Assembly (NCBI GenBank): GCA_964249285.1
Contig: CAXUBG010000007.1
Span: forward strand, 1 to 38,360
Direction: 5' to 3'
DNA length: 38,360 nt
Origin: an uncultured Terriglobus sp.
Lineage (GTDB): Bacteria > Acidobacteriota > Terriglobia > Terriglobales > Acidobacteriaceae
Shown here: piece after piece, positions 11,908 through 20,842 of the stretch
Numbering within the stretch: the stretch's first letter is position 1
Layout: every line of letters begins with the position of its first letter
Notes under the pieces: model-generated
Databases searched by the model: none
The model's input: the letters and a program-made list of their open reading frames with translations, nothing else
What the model was told of the DNA's origin: nothing
Translations under genes and position numbers: made by a program

Positions 11908-12828
11908 CTAGTAATTACTGTCGTCGCTGCCGCTGTCAGAACTGCCGCCACCATCGTCGTAGCTCCCGCTGTCATATGTGAAGCTCGAACTATCGTCGTT
12001 GCTGGTGTCGTCGCCGGCAAACGATGATGAGTCATTTGTACCGTCGTCTCCGCCCAGAAAGCCACTCGAGTCACCTCTGCGGTCCTCAACATCCGGGCTT
12101 ATTCCGTTCCCCAGTCCGTCCGACGCCTGCAAGCGGTCGGCCAAGCCGCCGTTTTGCCGGGAGTCGCTCCCGTCAAAATAGTTATTGACCGTCTCGTTGC
12201 CGCCCTCAAACCCGCGTCCGCCACCATGGCCGAAGCCACTGAACACATCTTCAATGGCGTGAAAAGCGAACTCGCCTGCGACAACGCCCGCGGCTGTCTG
12301 CATGGCACCCTGCAGGAAGCCGCCGCCGCCGCCGAACACGCCTCCACTCGCCGGGGTCGCGTAGCTCGTAGCAGGCTGGCCATAATTTCCGTATCCCGGC
12401 TGCATGGGGTATTGCGGGTTGTAGCCGTACGGAGAGTTCGTCCGGTTCTGTACCGCCGTGTAGCCCGGAGTGTTGGGCGAGGCTGCCGGGCCCGTGTACG
12501 AAGCGGGCAGTGTGGTCTTCTGCTGTTCAGCGCCGTCGCTCTTATTCAGGCCGAACAGGTTGCCGAGGAAGCTGCCGTGCTCCTGAGGTTTGCCCGCCTG
12601 CTGCTTCAAGCCGTCGTTTTCGGCCCGCAGGGTCTGTAGATCGCGCTGAGATTTTTCGAGAGCAAATTGCTGCACCAGCACCGTTTGGCACAGAACATAC
12701 AACGCATCCGGATTCCGTTCGAGCGAGCTGTTCAGCAACTGCTCCGCCTCAGCATCCTTGCTTTGCAGTTGCGTGCCGTTTACCCGCCCGATCAGACCGC
12801 TCAAAAGCTGCTGTTCCTGCTGCGTCAT
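11908..12828 (-). CDS. DUF2076-family protein
   Basis: MTQQEQQLLSGLIGRV...KDAEAEQLL...PDALYVLCQTVLVQQFAL, GGGFLQGAMQTAAGVVAG and an acidic D/S/G tail. Confidence 0.8.
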   Translation of the reverse strand: MTQQEQQLLSGLIGRVNGTQLQSKDAEAEQLLNSSLERNPDALYVLCQTVLVQQFALEKSQRDLQTLRAENDGLKQQAGKPQEHGSFLGNLFGLNKSDGAEQQKTTLPASYTGPAASPNTPGYTAVQNRTNSPYGYNPQYPMQPGYGNYGQPATSYATPASGGVFGGGGGFLQGAMQTAAGVVAGEFAFHAIEDVFSGFGHGGGRGFEGGNETVNNYFDGSDSRQNGGLADRLQASDGLGNGISPDVEDRRGDSSGFLGGDDGTNDSSSFAGDDTSNDDSSSFTYDSGSYDDGGGSSDSGSDDSNY

Positions 12829-12989
12829 TTCCGCTTGCCTTTCGTTCAAAGACCTGAACGGCCTAATACTTGAATGGGACGCCGTAGAGCCGCGAAGGTT
12901 GTCCTTCGCGTTCTGGACCGGGCTGGTCGTCAGTTCCCGCTGCCCTGCTGTGAACTGCCGGCCGGTACGCATCGTACTGAGTACAGACC

Positions 12990-13808
12990 ATGACTTCTTC
13001 TCGCGCAGCTCGCCTGTTCTTCCTGTTTGTGTCAGTGCCGGCCGCCCCGCAGGACAGCAAGCCGCTGCCCAACATGGATGCGCTGAAGGCACGCGCCATC
13101 GCGACGCATGACCGGGCTACCATCCTGCGGGAACATTATCTATGCCGTGCGAAAGTCACCGAGCAGGAGGTGGACGGCAAAGGCGGCGTAAAGAAGACCA
13201 CGGTCGAAGAGCATGAGATGTTCTACGTCAAAGGCCGGGAAATCGGTCAGGTAGTCTCCCGCGACGGAAAACCCCTCAGCGCTGGCGATGCCAAGAAAGA
13301 AATCGACAAGGTCAAGAAGAAGATCGACGAAGCCAACAAAGGAAAGGTCGATAGCTACGGCATCAGCCAGTCAGACATTCTGCGGTTGATGCTCTTTTCA
13401 AACGAGCGCCGCATCCAGTATGCCGGACGGCCCACCATCGTCTTCGATGTCAAAGCCGATCCCCGGGCCAAGGCGGACAGTATCGTGCAAAAAATGGTAC
13501 AGGCCGTGGAAGGTACCGTCGCCATCGACGAGGCTAGCGGCCATGTCGTGGACACGAATGTGCACGGCGTGCGCGACGTGAAGATTGGCGGCGGCCTCCT
13601 CGCGAACGTGCATAAGGGCTTTCTGCTGCACGTGACCAACGCGCCGCGCGAGGACGGCGTGTGGATGGTAAATCACGCGGACGGCTCAGGCGATGCGCGG
13701 GTGGGCTTGTTCATGCACCCGTCAATGCGCTTCCAGCAGGAGACGGAAGGCTGCCGGTTATTCAATGTGACGGCTGACTCCGTTGAGTCGCTGGAAGAGA
13801 AGCACTAA
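12990..13808 (+). CDS. Hypothetical exported protein
   Basis: 272-aa ORF with typical codon usage, a hydrophobic N-terminus and a beta-rich body (GRPTIVFD, GTVAIDE, DVKIGGGLLA). No family recognised with certainty. Confidence 0.75.
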   Translation: MTSSRAARLFFLFVSVPAAPQDSKPLPNMDALKARAIATHDRATILREHYLCRAKVTEQEVDGKGGVKKTTVEEHEMFYVKGREIGQVVSRDGKPLSAGDAKKEIDKVKKKIDEANKGKVDSYGISQSDILRLMLFSNERRIQYAGRPTIVFDVKADPRAKADSIVQKMVQAVEGTVAIDEASGHVVDTNVHGVRDVKIGGGLLANVHKGFLLHVTNAPREDGVWMVNHADGSGDARVGLFMHPSMRFQQETEGCRLFNVTADSVESLEEKH

Positions 13809-13888
13809 ACCCAAACGTCTCAGCCGCCGTGTCCACGTCTGAGGAGCGACAGCAGCATCTTTTCCCATCAACGTTCTAAGAGCGATCG

Positions 13889-15154
13889 TCAGCTCGGTGC
13901 CTTCACGCCGTAGTCTGGGCGTTGCAGGCTGCAGCACGCATCCGTGCGGCCGCAGAAGCAGGTGCTCTCTTCGGCGGCGGCGGTGCTCCGTTGCGCGAAG
14001 ACGTTCTGCGCGGCAGTAAGCGCCATGCCGAACTGGAAGCCGGGCAGTTTCAAGTCGGTGACGGCGACTTGCTCGAGCGCGCCGATGAGGGCGATCGTGT
14101 CCATGTAGTCGAAGAAGCCGAGGTGGGCGATGCGGAAGAGTTTGCCCTTCATCTCGCCCTGGCCGTTGGTGATAATGGCACCAAAGCGGGATTTGAGTGC
14201 CTTGACGATCACGCCAGAATCGACGCCTTCGGGCGGCAGCACGGCGGTTGCGGCGGCAGAGGCCACCTCTGGCGCGAAGAGCTTCAGGCCCATGGCCTGG
14301 CACGCGGCGCGGGTCATGGCGGCGATGGTTTCCGCGTTCTCGATCAGCTTTTTGCGGCCCTCGACCAGATTGCCGTCTGCCTGTCCGGCGATGTAGTCCA
14401 GCGCGGCACCCAGCGCGGCGATGAGGGCGACGGCGGGCGTGTAGGCGCTCTCGCCGGCCTTCGCGTTTTTGCGTTCCTTGCGGAGGTCGAAGTAGTAGCG
14501 CGGATTGTAGGAGGCTTCCATGCGGTCCCAGGCGCGGTCGCCTACGGCGAGATAGGACAGGCCGGGCGGGATCATGACGGCTTTTTGCGAGCCGCCGATG
14601 AGCACGTCCACGCCCCATCCGTCCATGTCGAGATGGGTCGTGCCCAGGCCGGTGATCGCGTCCACGACGAGCAATGCTTCGCTGTGCGTGTCCTTCAGCA
14701 GCTTGGCTACCCCGGGGACGCAGTGGCGCACGCCGGTGCTGGTCTCCGTGGCCTGCATGAACACAGCACGAGTCTCGAGCTTGAGCCCGGCCCTTACCGC
14801 GTCGAGCGAGAAGGTTTCGCCGTACGGTGCGGAGACCACATCCACGGCGCAGCCGAAGGCTTTGGCCAGCGCGGTCCAGCGTTCGCCGAACTTACCGGCG
14901 GTGAGGACAAGCACGCGATCGCCGGGTGAAGTCAGGTTGGAGACGGCGGCTTCCATGGCTCCGGTGCCGGAGGAGGAGAGCACGATGACATCGTTCGCCG
15001 TGCCAACGAACTCTTTCAATTGCGCGAGCACGCGCAGGTAGAGTGCACGAAACTCCGGCGTGCGGTGATGGATATCCGCGGCAGCCATGGCGAACTGCGC
15101 GGCGGGGAGCAACGGCGTTGGGCCGGGAGTGAACAGGCGAGTCTTGCGGATCAT
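13889..15154 (-). CDS. Class-V PLP aminotransferase (serine-pyruvate/alanine-glyoxylate type)
   Basis: LFTPGPTP, HHRTPEF, SSGTGAMEAA, ETSTGV, VVDAITGLG, GGSQKAVMIPPG (PLP Lys), YYFDL and FRIAHLG. Confidence 0.92.
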   Translation of the reverse strand: MIRKTRLFTPGPTPLLPAAQFAMAAADIHHRTPEFRALYLRVLAQLKEFVGTANDVIVLSSSGTGAMEAAVSNLTSPGDRVLVLTAGKFGERWTALAKAFGCAVDVVSAPYGETFSLDAVRAGLKLETRAVFMQATETSTGVRHCVPGVAKLLKDTHSEALLVVDAITGLGTTHLDMDGWGVDVLIGGSQKAVMIPPGLSYLAVGDRAWDRMEASYNPRYYFDLRKERKNAKAGESAYTPAVALIAALGAALDYIAGQADGNLVEGRKKLIENAETIAAMTRAACQAMGLKLFAPEVASAAATAVLPPEGVDSGVIVKALKSRFGAIITNGQGEMKGKLFRIAHLGFFDYMDTIALIGALEQVAVTDLKLPGFQFGMALTAAQNVFAQRSTAAAEESTCFCGRTDACCSLQRPDYGVKAPS

Positions 15155-15206
15155 AGGTCTAGTGTAGCGGGGCAGCGGGGAACAGACTGATCTGAAGATG
15201 TGTCCT

Positions 15207-15240
15207 CCCGCACATGACGGTGTCATGTACGGGGCACCCG
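15207..15240. repeat. REP-like palindromic element
   Basis: Hairpin CCCGCACATGAC-ggt-GTCATGTACGGG followed by GCACCCG; 15223-15239 matches 16744-16760 at 16 of 17 positions. Confidence 0.5.
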
Positions 15241-15279
15241 TGGCACGGCAGTAGACTTTAGAGAGGCGAGGGGTGGCGC

Positions 15280-15753
15280 ATGGCGGCGATTGGGGACAAG
15301 ATCGGCAAGGACATTATTGAAGCGATGAAGGCGAAAGAGGCGCTCCGATTGGAAACGCTGCGCATGGCGAAGTCGGCGATGAAGAACAAGGAGATCGACA
15401 AGCGCGAGCCGCTGTCAGATGCCGAAGAGATTGCCGTGTTGCAGACCATGGTGAAGCAGCGCAAGGATTCCGCCGAGCAGTTTGCCAAGGGCAACCGTCC
15501 CGAGCTTGCCACCAAGGAGCAGGACGAAATCAAGCTCCTGGAGACCTATCTGCCGCAGACTGCCAGCGAAGATGAAATCCGTACCGTCGTGCAGGGGGCC
15601 ATCGCGCATCTCGCCGCCGACGGCGGCAAGCCCGGCCCAAAGGATATGGGACCCGCGATGCGCGTCGTGCAGGCGCGTATCATGTCGAACGGCCTGCACG
15701 CGGATAACAAGACGGTCAGTCAGATATTGAAGGAAGAACTGGCTAAGTCGTAG
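15280..15753 (+). CDS. GatB/YqeY domain protein
   Basis: AMKAKE..RLETLRMAKSA, MVKQRKDSAEQFAKGNRPELA.KEQDEI..LETYLP and KDMG. Confidence 0.93.
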   Translation: MAAIGDKIGKDIIEAMKAKEALRLETLRMAKSAMKNKEIDKREPLSDAEEIAVLQTMVKQRKDSAEQFAKGNRPELATKEQDEIKLLETYLPQTASEDEIRTVVQGAIAHLAADGGKPGPKDMGPAMRVVQARIMSNGLHADNKTVSQILKEELAKS

Positions 15754-15964
15754 GCTTACGTTGCAACAGGGCCATGAGGCGCGCGCTTAGGTTCGCCGTA
15801 GACATCTTTCCTGTGACATGCTCTTCCGCTTTGCCGACAGGCTCCCGAAGCTTTAGGATCCCGCCAACACGCTTTCCGGGCGAAGCACGCAGCTTCTGAT
15901 CGTGGCCGGGACGGAACTGTCCCTCTTTAGAAGCTTCTCCGCAACCGCATGCACATTTCGGCAT
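15743..15964 (-). CDS. Small putative zinc-binding protein (CxCGCG...FxPGHD)
   Basis: 73 aa, MPKCACGCGEASKEGQFRPGHDQKLRA. Starts 9 nt after the RNase H stop and fills an otherwise empty gap. Confidence 0.65.
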   Translation of the reverse strand: MPKCACGCGEASKEGQFRPGHDQKLRASPGKRVGGILKLREPVGKAEEHVTGKMSTANLSARLMALLQRKPTT

Positions 15965-15973
15965 GCACGATGT

Positions 15974-16654
15974 TTACTCGCGGATAACTTTGACGAAGAC
16001 GCCGTCCGGGAGCGATTTGCCGCCGAGCAGGTGAATCGCACCGTCGCGCACGAAGCCGCGCAGCATTTCCGCGGCAGCGCGCGGCTCTGGAGGGAGTGGA
16101 TCGATGCGTCGCGGCATCTGCGGCTCAGCAGATTTCGTTGGATAAGAGATCGCCTTGAGCGGTGCGGGAGCAGATGTGCCCGGAGCAGGCGTGCGGTTCA
16201 TGCCGCGATCCATCGCCTCATTTGCCAGGCGGTCGGCGTCCTGGTTCTTGTGGCGGAGGGCGTGGGTGATTGTGAACGAGTTCAGACGGGAGATGCGGCG
16301 CTTTGCTTCCTCGTGCAGCGGCTTCAGGTCGGGGCTGTTGACCTTGTATTTACCCTGCACCTGATTCACCATCAGCAGCGAATCGCTGACGACGCGGAGG
16401 CGGGTATGCCCGTGATCCAGCGCCCACCCCAAAACTCCCAGCAGGCCGCTGTACTCGGCGAAGTTGTTCGTCTTAAAACCCAGAAACTCGGAAAGCTCGG
16501 CGAGCACGGTACCGTCCTCTGCCGTGATAACAGCTCCGTAGCCGGCCGGTCCGGGGTTGCCCCGCGCCCCGCCATCGCAGTGGGCAAGAATGGTTCCCCT
16601 CTCGGCTAGCGCTTTGGCGGTTGCTGCAGGGGCGAAGAGGTCTTCAGAGGGCAT
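15974..16654 (-). CDS. rnhA: Ribonuclease HI (actinobacterial/archaeal-like type) with C-terminal extension
   Basis: DGGARGNPGPAGYG, TNNFAEY, DSLLMVNQ and NQDADRLAN give the DEDD catalytic set. A Pro-rich linker and a 30-aa beta-rich tail follow. Confidence 0.88.
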   Translation of the reverse strand: MPSEDLFAPAATAKALAERGTILAHCDGGARGNPGPAGYGAVITAEDGTVLAELSEFLGFKTNNFAEYSGLLGVLGWALDHGHTRLRVVSDSLLMVNQVQGKYKVNSPDLKPLHEEAKRRISRLNSFTITHALRHKNQDADRLANEAMDRGMNRTPAPGTSAPAPLKAISYPTKSAEPQMPRRIDPLPPEPRAAAEMLRGFVRDGAIHLLGGKSLPDGVFVKVIRE

Positions 16655-16743
16655 ACCTCGATTCAAACAGCGAGTCAGCGCCTGAGCAAGTGACGATGCC
16701 TGTGAACGTGTTGCCGTGGGAGATGAGATCCAGCACAAAGAAC

Positions 16744-16760
16744 TCATGTACGGTGCACCC
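16744..16760. repeat. Partial REP-like copy
   Basis: TCATGTACGGTGCACCC versus TCATGTACGGGGCACCC at 15223-15239. Confidence 0.45.
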
Positions 16761-16820
16761 AGTACATAGCCACATACTCAAGCCCGGCATCGAGCGCCCG
16801 GCATCCAGGTCCGCGGACCT

Positions 16821-18587
16821 TTACAGCAGCGTGGAGCCTGTCACGAAGATCTGATCGGGTTTGTTGCCGAGCAGGCGGTAAAGCGCGAACTGACGGGTGT
16901 GCTGCGCGCGCAACTCCATCAGCAGCGACGCCCGATTGCTGCCATCCGCGTCCACCACGTCAACCATCCGGTAGCGCGGAATGCGGTCCAGGTGTCCGGC
17001 ATCCGTGACGGTGCGCATGGCGGGCTGCAGATTGCCGCCGGCATCCGTTTGCGCAATGACGGTGACAAAGCGCTCTGGTAAGGTGCCCGAAGCAGGAATG
17101 CGCGCCGAGTAGGCGTAGGTGATCGGAGCGGAGAAGTAAAGTTGGTACGCGTTGAACTGCTCATCGGCCATGACTTGCGGCAGAGTTGCGCTGGATAGGG
17201 GTGCTCGCGGTCTGGAGTGCACGGCTGAGCTACGTGGGCCAGCTCTCATCGCGGGTTGCGGCGAAACCGCGGCTGGCGTATCTGCCTTCAGTGCCGTAAC
17301 ACCTTCGGGAGCATCGGTCGCAAGCGCAGGATTTGCCAGGACCGCACGTGCCATCACCTGGAGTGTGTCGAGCGCGGCCGCCCGCTCCGTAGGCGAGGCA
17401 AAGTGATAGCTGAAGTCGTGCGCAGGGTGCTCTTTCGCATCGCTGACGGCGATGATGGCGTCCAGCGGCTCGGGCAGCGCGCTCGCGGATACGTTCGGCG
17501 CTGGCCTGGCTGGGGGAGCCTTTGTGCTCGAAGCCTTTTGCGCCGCTGCGGGTGACTCCGGGGCGGGGGCGGTCCACCGGCCACGCCGCAGCACCGGGCC
17601 GCCGGTGGAAGTGGCGCCCGCACGGATGCTTCCACCTTCGGCGGCGGTATCATTCGCCGTCGTGGCCAGCCCGGCCTGCTTCGTGGCCGTGCTGTCCGTG
17701 GGAGACCCCTTGCTCAGCAGCGCTTTAGCCTGCTCGCGGCTGGCCAGGTCAATGGGGTCGGGCGGCAGGGCATTCGGGTCATCCGCATCCGACGAACGGT
17801 GGCGGATGGTGGGCCGGTCAGGGTCATCACCAGGACCGCCGTTCGCGGTAATTGTCGCCGGTGGAGGCTTTGGAGCCTTCTTATCCGGCTTACCCTGCGC
17901 CCCGGTGTTGTGCGCGGTCGACTCCGGTGAGCGATGCAGGGTGGGCCGCTCTGGATCGGGTGAGTTGGTGTCGCGCTTGTCTTCTGCCAGCGTGATCTTT
18001 CCTGGACGGTCTTCGTCATCGTCGCGGCAGGGGTCAGGGGCAGCGTCGCGGCCAGTGCGCGCCTTCGAGGCCTCGTCTTCCGGGGTTCTAGACCCGAAGT
18101 GCGGCTTCGCGTCGTCCTTTGCGCCTGCCTCCTGCACCACGTGCGCATTGCCGCAATTCGGGCGAACCTTGCCGGCTTTCGGCGCGGCGGGCGCGACAAT
18201 CCTGCCATAGCCGAACCAGCCGTCATCGAACGGCGTTGTGCCCGCGACCGCGCTCCCGGCGAAATTGCGCGATGCAACTACATCCAGGTAGTCCTGCCGT
18301 ACACCGCTCTTCTGCAGGTCATAGCGCAGGCCGGTATCAAGCGCGAATGGGATGGGCCGCGCCAGGTAGACACCCGCATCTTCGAAGTGACCAGCGATGA
18401 ACAGAGAGACGGGGATGAGCCGTGCGGCTTTTGGGTGCTGCAGGTCGCCAATGTATTCGTATACGCCCACCGCCCGCGTTACCTGCTCCGGCTTTTCCAC
18501 GCGATGCATCTGCCCTGCGGCGGAGACAGCGCAGTGGGCCAACAGAGCGGCGGTAGCGGTGAACAAGGCGGCGTGCACGTACTTCAT
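16821..18587 (-). CDS. Hypothetical secreted protein with long Pro/Ala/Asp-rich linker (588 aa)
   Basis: Signal peptide MKYVHAALFTATAALLAHCAVSA, folded-looking N- and C-terminal regions, and repeated D-P-D/E-R-P motifs between them. Confidence 0.8.
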   Translation of the reverse strand: MKYVHAALFTATAALLAHCAVSAAGQMHRVEKPEQVTRAVGVYEYIGDLQHPKAARLIPVSLFIAGHFEDAGVYLARPIPFALDTGLRYDLQKSGVRQDYLDVVASRNFAGSAVAGTTPFDDGWFGYGRIVAPAAPKAGKVRPNCGNAHVVQEAGAKDDAKPHFGSRTPEDEASKARTGRDAAPDPCRDDDEDRPGKITLAEDKRDTNSPDPERPTLHRSPESTAHNTGAQGKPDKKAPKPPPATITANGGPGDDPDRPTIRHRSSDADDPNALPPDPIDLASREQAKALLSKGSPTDSTATKQAGLATTANDTAAEGGSIRAGATSTGGPVLRRGRWTAPAPESPAAAQKASSTKAPPARPAPNVSASALPEPLDAIIAVSDAKEHPAHDFSYHFASPTERAAALDTLQVMARAVLANPALATDAPEGVTALKADTPAAVSPQPAMRAGPRSSAVHSRPRAPLSSATLPQVMADEQFNAYQLYFSAPITYAYSARIPASGTLPERFVTVIAQTDAGGNLQPAMRTVTDAGHLDRIPRYRMVDVVDADGSNRASLLMELRAQHTRQFALYRLLGNKPDQIFVTGSTLL

Positions 18588-18649
18588 CACCTTGTTGGAC
18601 GGCGATTCCCACCGGAAGGCGCACCAGGTGGGCGGGTTAAGCTGGAGAG

Positions 18650-19108
18650 ATGAAAGTCGGTGACACCGTCGAGTTCGAGCTTCCGGATCAGAATGGCGCG
18701 GCAGTAAAGGTTTCGCGGTTTCGCGGCAATCCGGTGGTGCTCTTCTTCTACCCGCGTGCGGACACGCCCGGTTGCACAATTGAGGCGTGCGAGTTTCGCG
18801 ACCTCTACAGCGAGCTGAAGCAAGCCGGAGCCGTTGTGCTTGGCATTTCACGCGACCCCGTCAAGGCGCAGAAGAAGTTCGCGGAGAAATTCTCTCTGCC
18901 ATACACGCTCCTAGCCGATCCGGACCTGACGGTGTGCGCAACGTTCGGCGTCGTCAGCCAGGGGTCAATGTACGGTAAGCCGGTGACAAAAGTTGAGCGG
19001 TCCACTTTTGTGATCGACCGCGAGGGCAAGTTGGAAGCGGAGTTCCGCAAGGTAAATCCGGAAGGCCACGCGGCGGAGATGCTGGCGTTGATCAAAGGTG
19101 TGAGCTAG
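18650..19108 (+). CDS. bcp: Peroxiredoxin Q/bacterioferritin comigratory protein
   Basis: VVLFFYPRADTPGCTIEACEFRD, GISRD and ERSTFVID. Confidence 0.95.
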   Translation: MKVGDTVEFELPDQNGAAVKVSRFRGNPVVLFFYPRADTPGCTIEACEFRDLYSELKQAGAVVLGISRDPVKAQKKFAEKFSLPYTLLADPDLTVCATFGVVSQGSMYGKPVTKVERSTFVIDREGKLEAEFRKVNPEGHAAEMLALIKGVS

Positions 19109-19112
19109 ACCT

Positions 19113-19895
19113 TTAGGCGGCGGGCAGCGTAATCGTCTGGTCCGGGGTAAAGATGGCTTCTGTGCCGCGCGCGGGTGCGTCGTCCGGCAGAGTCTTCGCA
19201 CCTTCCTTACCTTCGGCGGTGACCACTTCTGAGAGTGCCGGTTCCCCGTTTACGCTGATGACCTGCAGCGACAGCTCACCGTCGCTACTGATCTCGCCTG
19301 CGCGAGCCACGGCAACCACCGTTAGCTGCACCGGTGCACCCGCAGGCACTTTGCCCAGTGGTGCAGTCAACGCGCCATTGACTGTTTGGCCGTTTTTCGC
19401 ATGGCCGGAGTCCACGGATTGCCGCAGTCGCACCTGAATCAGCGTACCTGCCTTCACGCCTAAGGAATTGTGCTGCAACGTGACCCCAGGCAGCTGGGGG
19501 CCAGCGTTCAGACTCGCTGCGCCGGGGTCGGAAACGGGGTTGCCGTTCGAATCACCTGTTACCACGACACGGCTTGTTGAAGCCGGCGCAGGGCCGGTTC
19601 CCTGTCCGCCGCCCGGATCATATGCCGGGACGCCAGTAATGCCGGCCTGCCCCCGCGGCGTCCCGCCTTCGCCACCCGTGCGCGTTGAACCGGCGCGTCC
19701 ACGCCGCCCAGAGATTTTTCCAGAGGTCCTGTCTGCGGACGCTGTACCGGCCTGCGCAGCCGTCGCGTCCGGGCCGATGCCCGCCGGCGCGGCGCCTTGC
19801 GTCTGGGGCGTCGCTCGCGCCGTTGTGTTCTGGGCAAACGAGGCACTCAGAACCAGACACGGCACCAGTACGGCTAGTAGAAAGCGGCACTTCAT
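19113..19895 (-). CDS. Hypothetical secreted protein; low-complexity N-half, TrbI/VirB10-like beta C-domain
   Basis: Signal peptide MKCRFLLAVLVPCLVLSASFAQ, GAGGT SD, and C-terminal VKAGTLIQVRLRQSVDS...GELSLQV. Confidence 0.7.
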   Translation of the reverse strand: MKCRFLLAVLVPCLVLSASFAQNTTARATPQTQGAAPAGIGPDATAAQAGTASADRTSGKISGRRGRAGSTRTGGEGGTPRGQAGITGVPAYDPGGGQGTGPAPASTSRVVVTGDSNGNPVSDPGAASLNAGPQLPGVTLQHNSLGVKAGTLIQVRLRQSVDSGHAKNGQTVNGALTAPLGKVPAGAPVQLTVVAVARAGEISSDGELSLQVISVNGEPALSEVVTAEGKEGAKTLPDDAPARGTEAIFTPDQTITLPAA

Positions 19896-19983
19896 TTGTA
19901 CCTCTTTCGATGACGAGCCTTGACTGGCAGTTGCTGACATGACTGACCTCTCATGCGACACCTTTGTACCGGATGGCAGGACC

Positions 19984-20799
19984 TTACAGATTCAGCTTCT
20001 TAAAGATCGAATCTGGCACGGCGCGGATGACCGCCATGATCGGCCGCCACTGGAACGGCACATACAGGATGCCTCCCTTGCCCTTCGCGATGACGTCAGC
20101 GATCGTCTTGGCAACCTTGGCGGGGTCGGCGAACTTTTCGCTGCCTTTCATGCCGGTCGTCATCGCCGTCTTGACCGGTCCTGGCTTGATCGTGAGCACT
20201 GCCACGCCCGCCCGGTCCACGCGGTTGCGCAGGCCATCGCTAAAGGCGGTCAGCCCCGCTTTCGAAGCACCATACACATAGTTCGACTTGCGTCCACGGT
20301 CCCCAGCCACAGACGACAGCACCGCCAACGTACCGTGCCCCTGTTTCACGCAAAAGTTCGCCAGCCAGGTCAACAGGCTCACCGGCGCGGTGAGATTCGT
20401 GTGGAGTATCTGTTCCGCATGTCGGGCTTCCTGCTCTGCCCTTGGCTGCTCGCCCAGAACACCAACCGCCAGGTACGCCACATCCAGACCGCCGAGCGAA
20501 GTGATCGCGTGCGCCAGCAGCTCGGCGTGATGCTGCAGCTCATCCAGGTTCACGACAGCGGTATCTACATAGGCCGCACCGCGCACGCGGAGGTCTGCCG
20601 CGACACTACTCAGCTTCTCCTCGGAGCGCCCCACCAGAAACAAATTCGCGCCCTCCGCCGCCCAGATGCGGCACGTCGCCTCGGCAATGCCGGACGTGGC
20701 CCCGAGCACCAGATAGCGTTTGGGTTTGTGGGAAGGGTCGCGCCGTGGAAGCGGCGTGTCGGACGCAGTCTGGGGGACGGTAGCGGTCGTTTCAGGCAT
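19984..20799 (-). CDS. SDR oxidoreductase, DprE2-like
   Basis: LVLGATSGIA, SSVAGDRGRKSNYVYGASKAG, IKPGPVKTAMT and WRPIMAVIRAVP..IFKKL. Confidence 0.85.
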   Translation of the reverse strand: MPETTATVPQTASDTPLPRRDPSHKPKRYLVLGATSGIAEATCRIWAAEGANLFLVGRSEEKLSSVAADLRVRGAAYVDTAVVNLDELQHHAELLAHAITSLGGLDVAYLAVGVLGEQPRAEQEARHAEQILHTNLTAPVSLLTWLANFCVKQGHGTLAVLSSVAGDRGRKSNYVYGASKAGLTAFSDGLRNRVDRAGVAVLTIKPGPVKTAMTTGMKGSEKFADPAKVAKTIADVIAKGKGGILYVPFQWRPIMAVIRAVPDSIFKKLNL

Positions 20800-20842
20800 G
20801 GGTTGTCTTCTATCGAGACTAGCGCATTGCTACAGTAAGGGT

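Noticed and set aside
13922-14929. 335-aa plus-strand ORF and 286-aa alternative-frame ORF
   Set aside because: They overlap the well-supported aminotransferase and have Arg/Gly-rich, non-protein-like composition.
19113-19895. Conjugation/type IV secretion system implied by the TrbI/VirB10-like domain
   Set aside because: No other T4SS genes, relaxase or integrase are in the window; the resemblance is limited to a short beta-domain.
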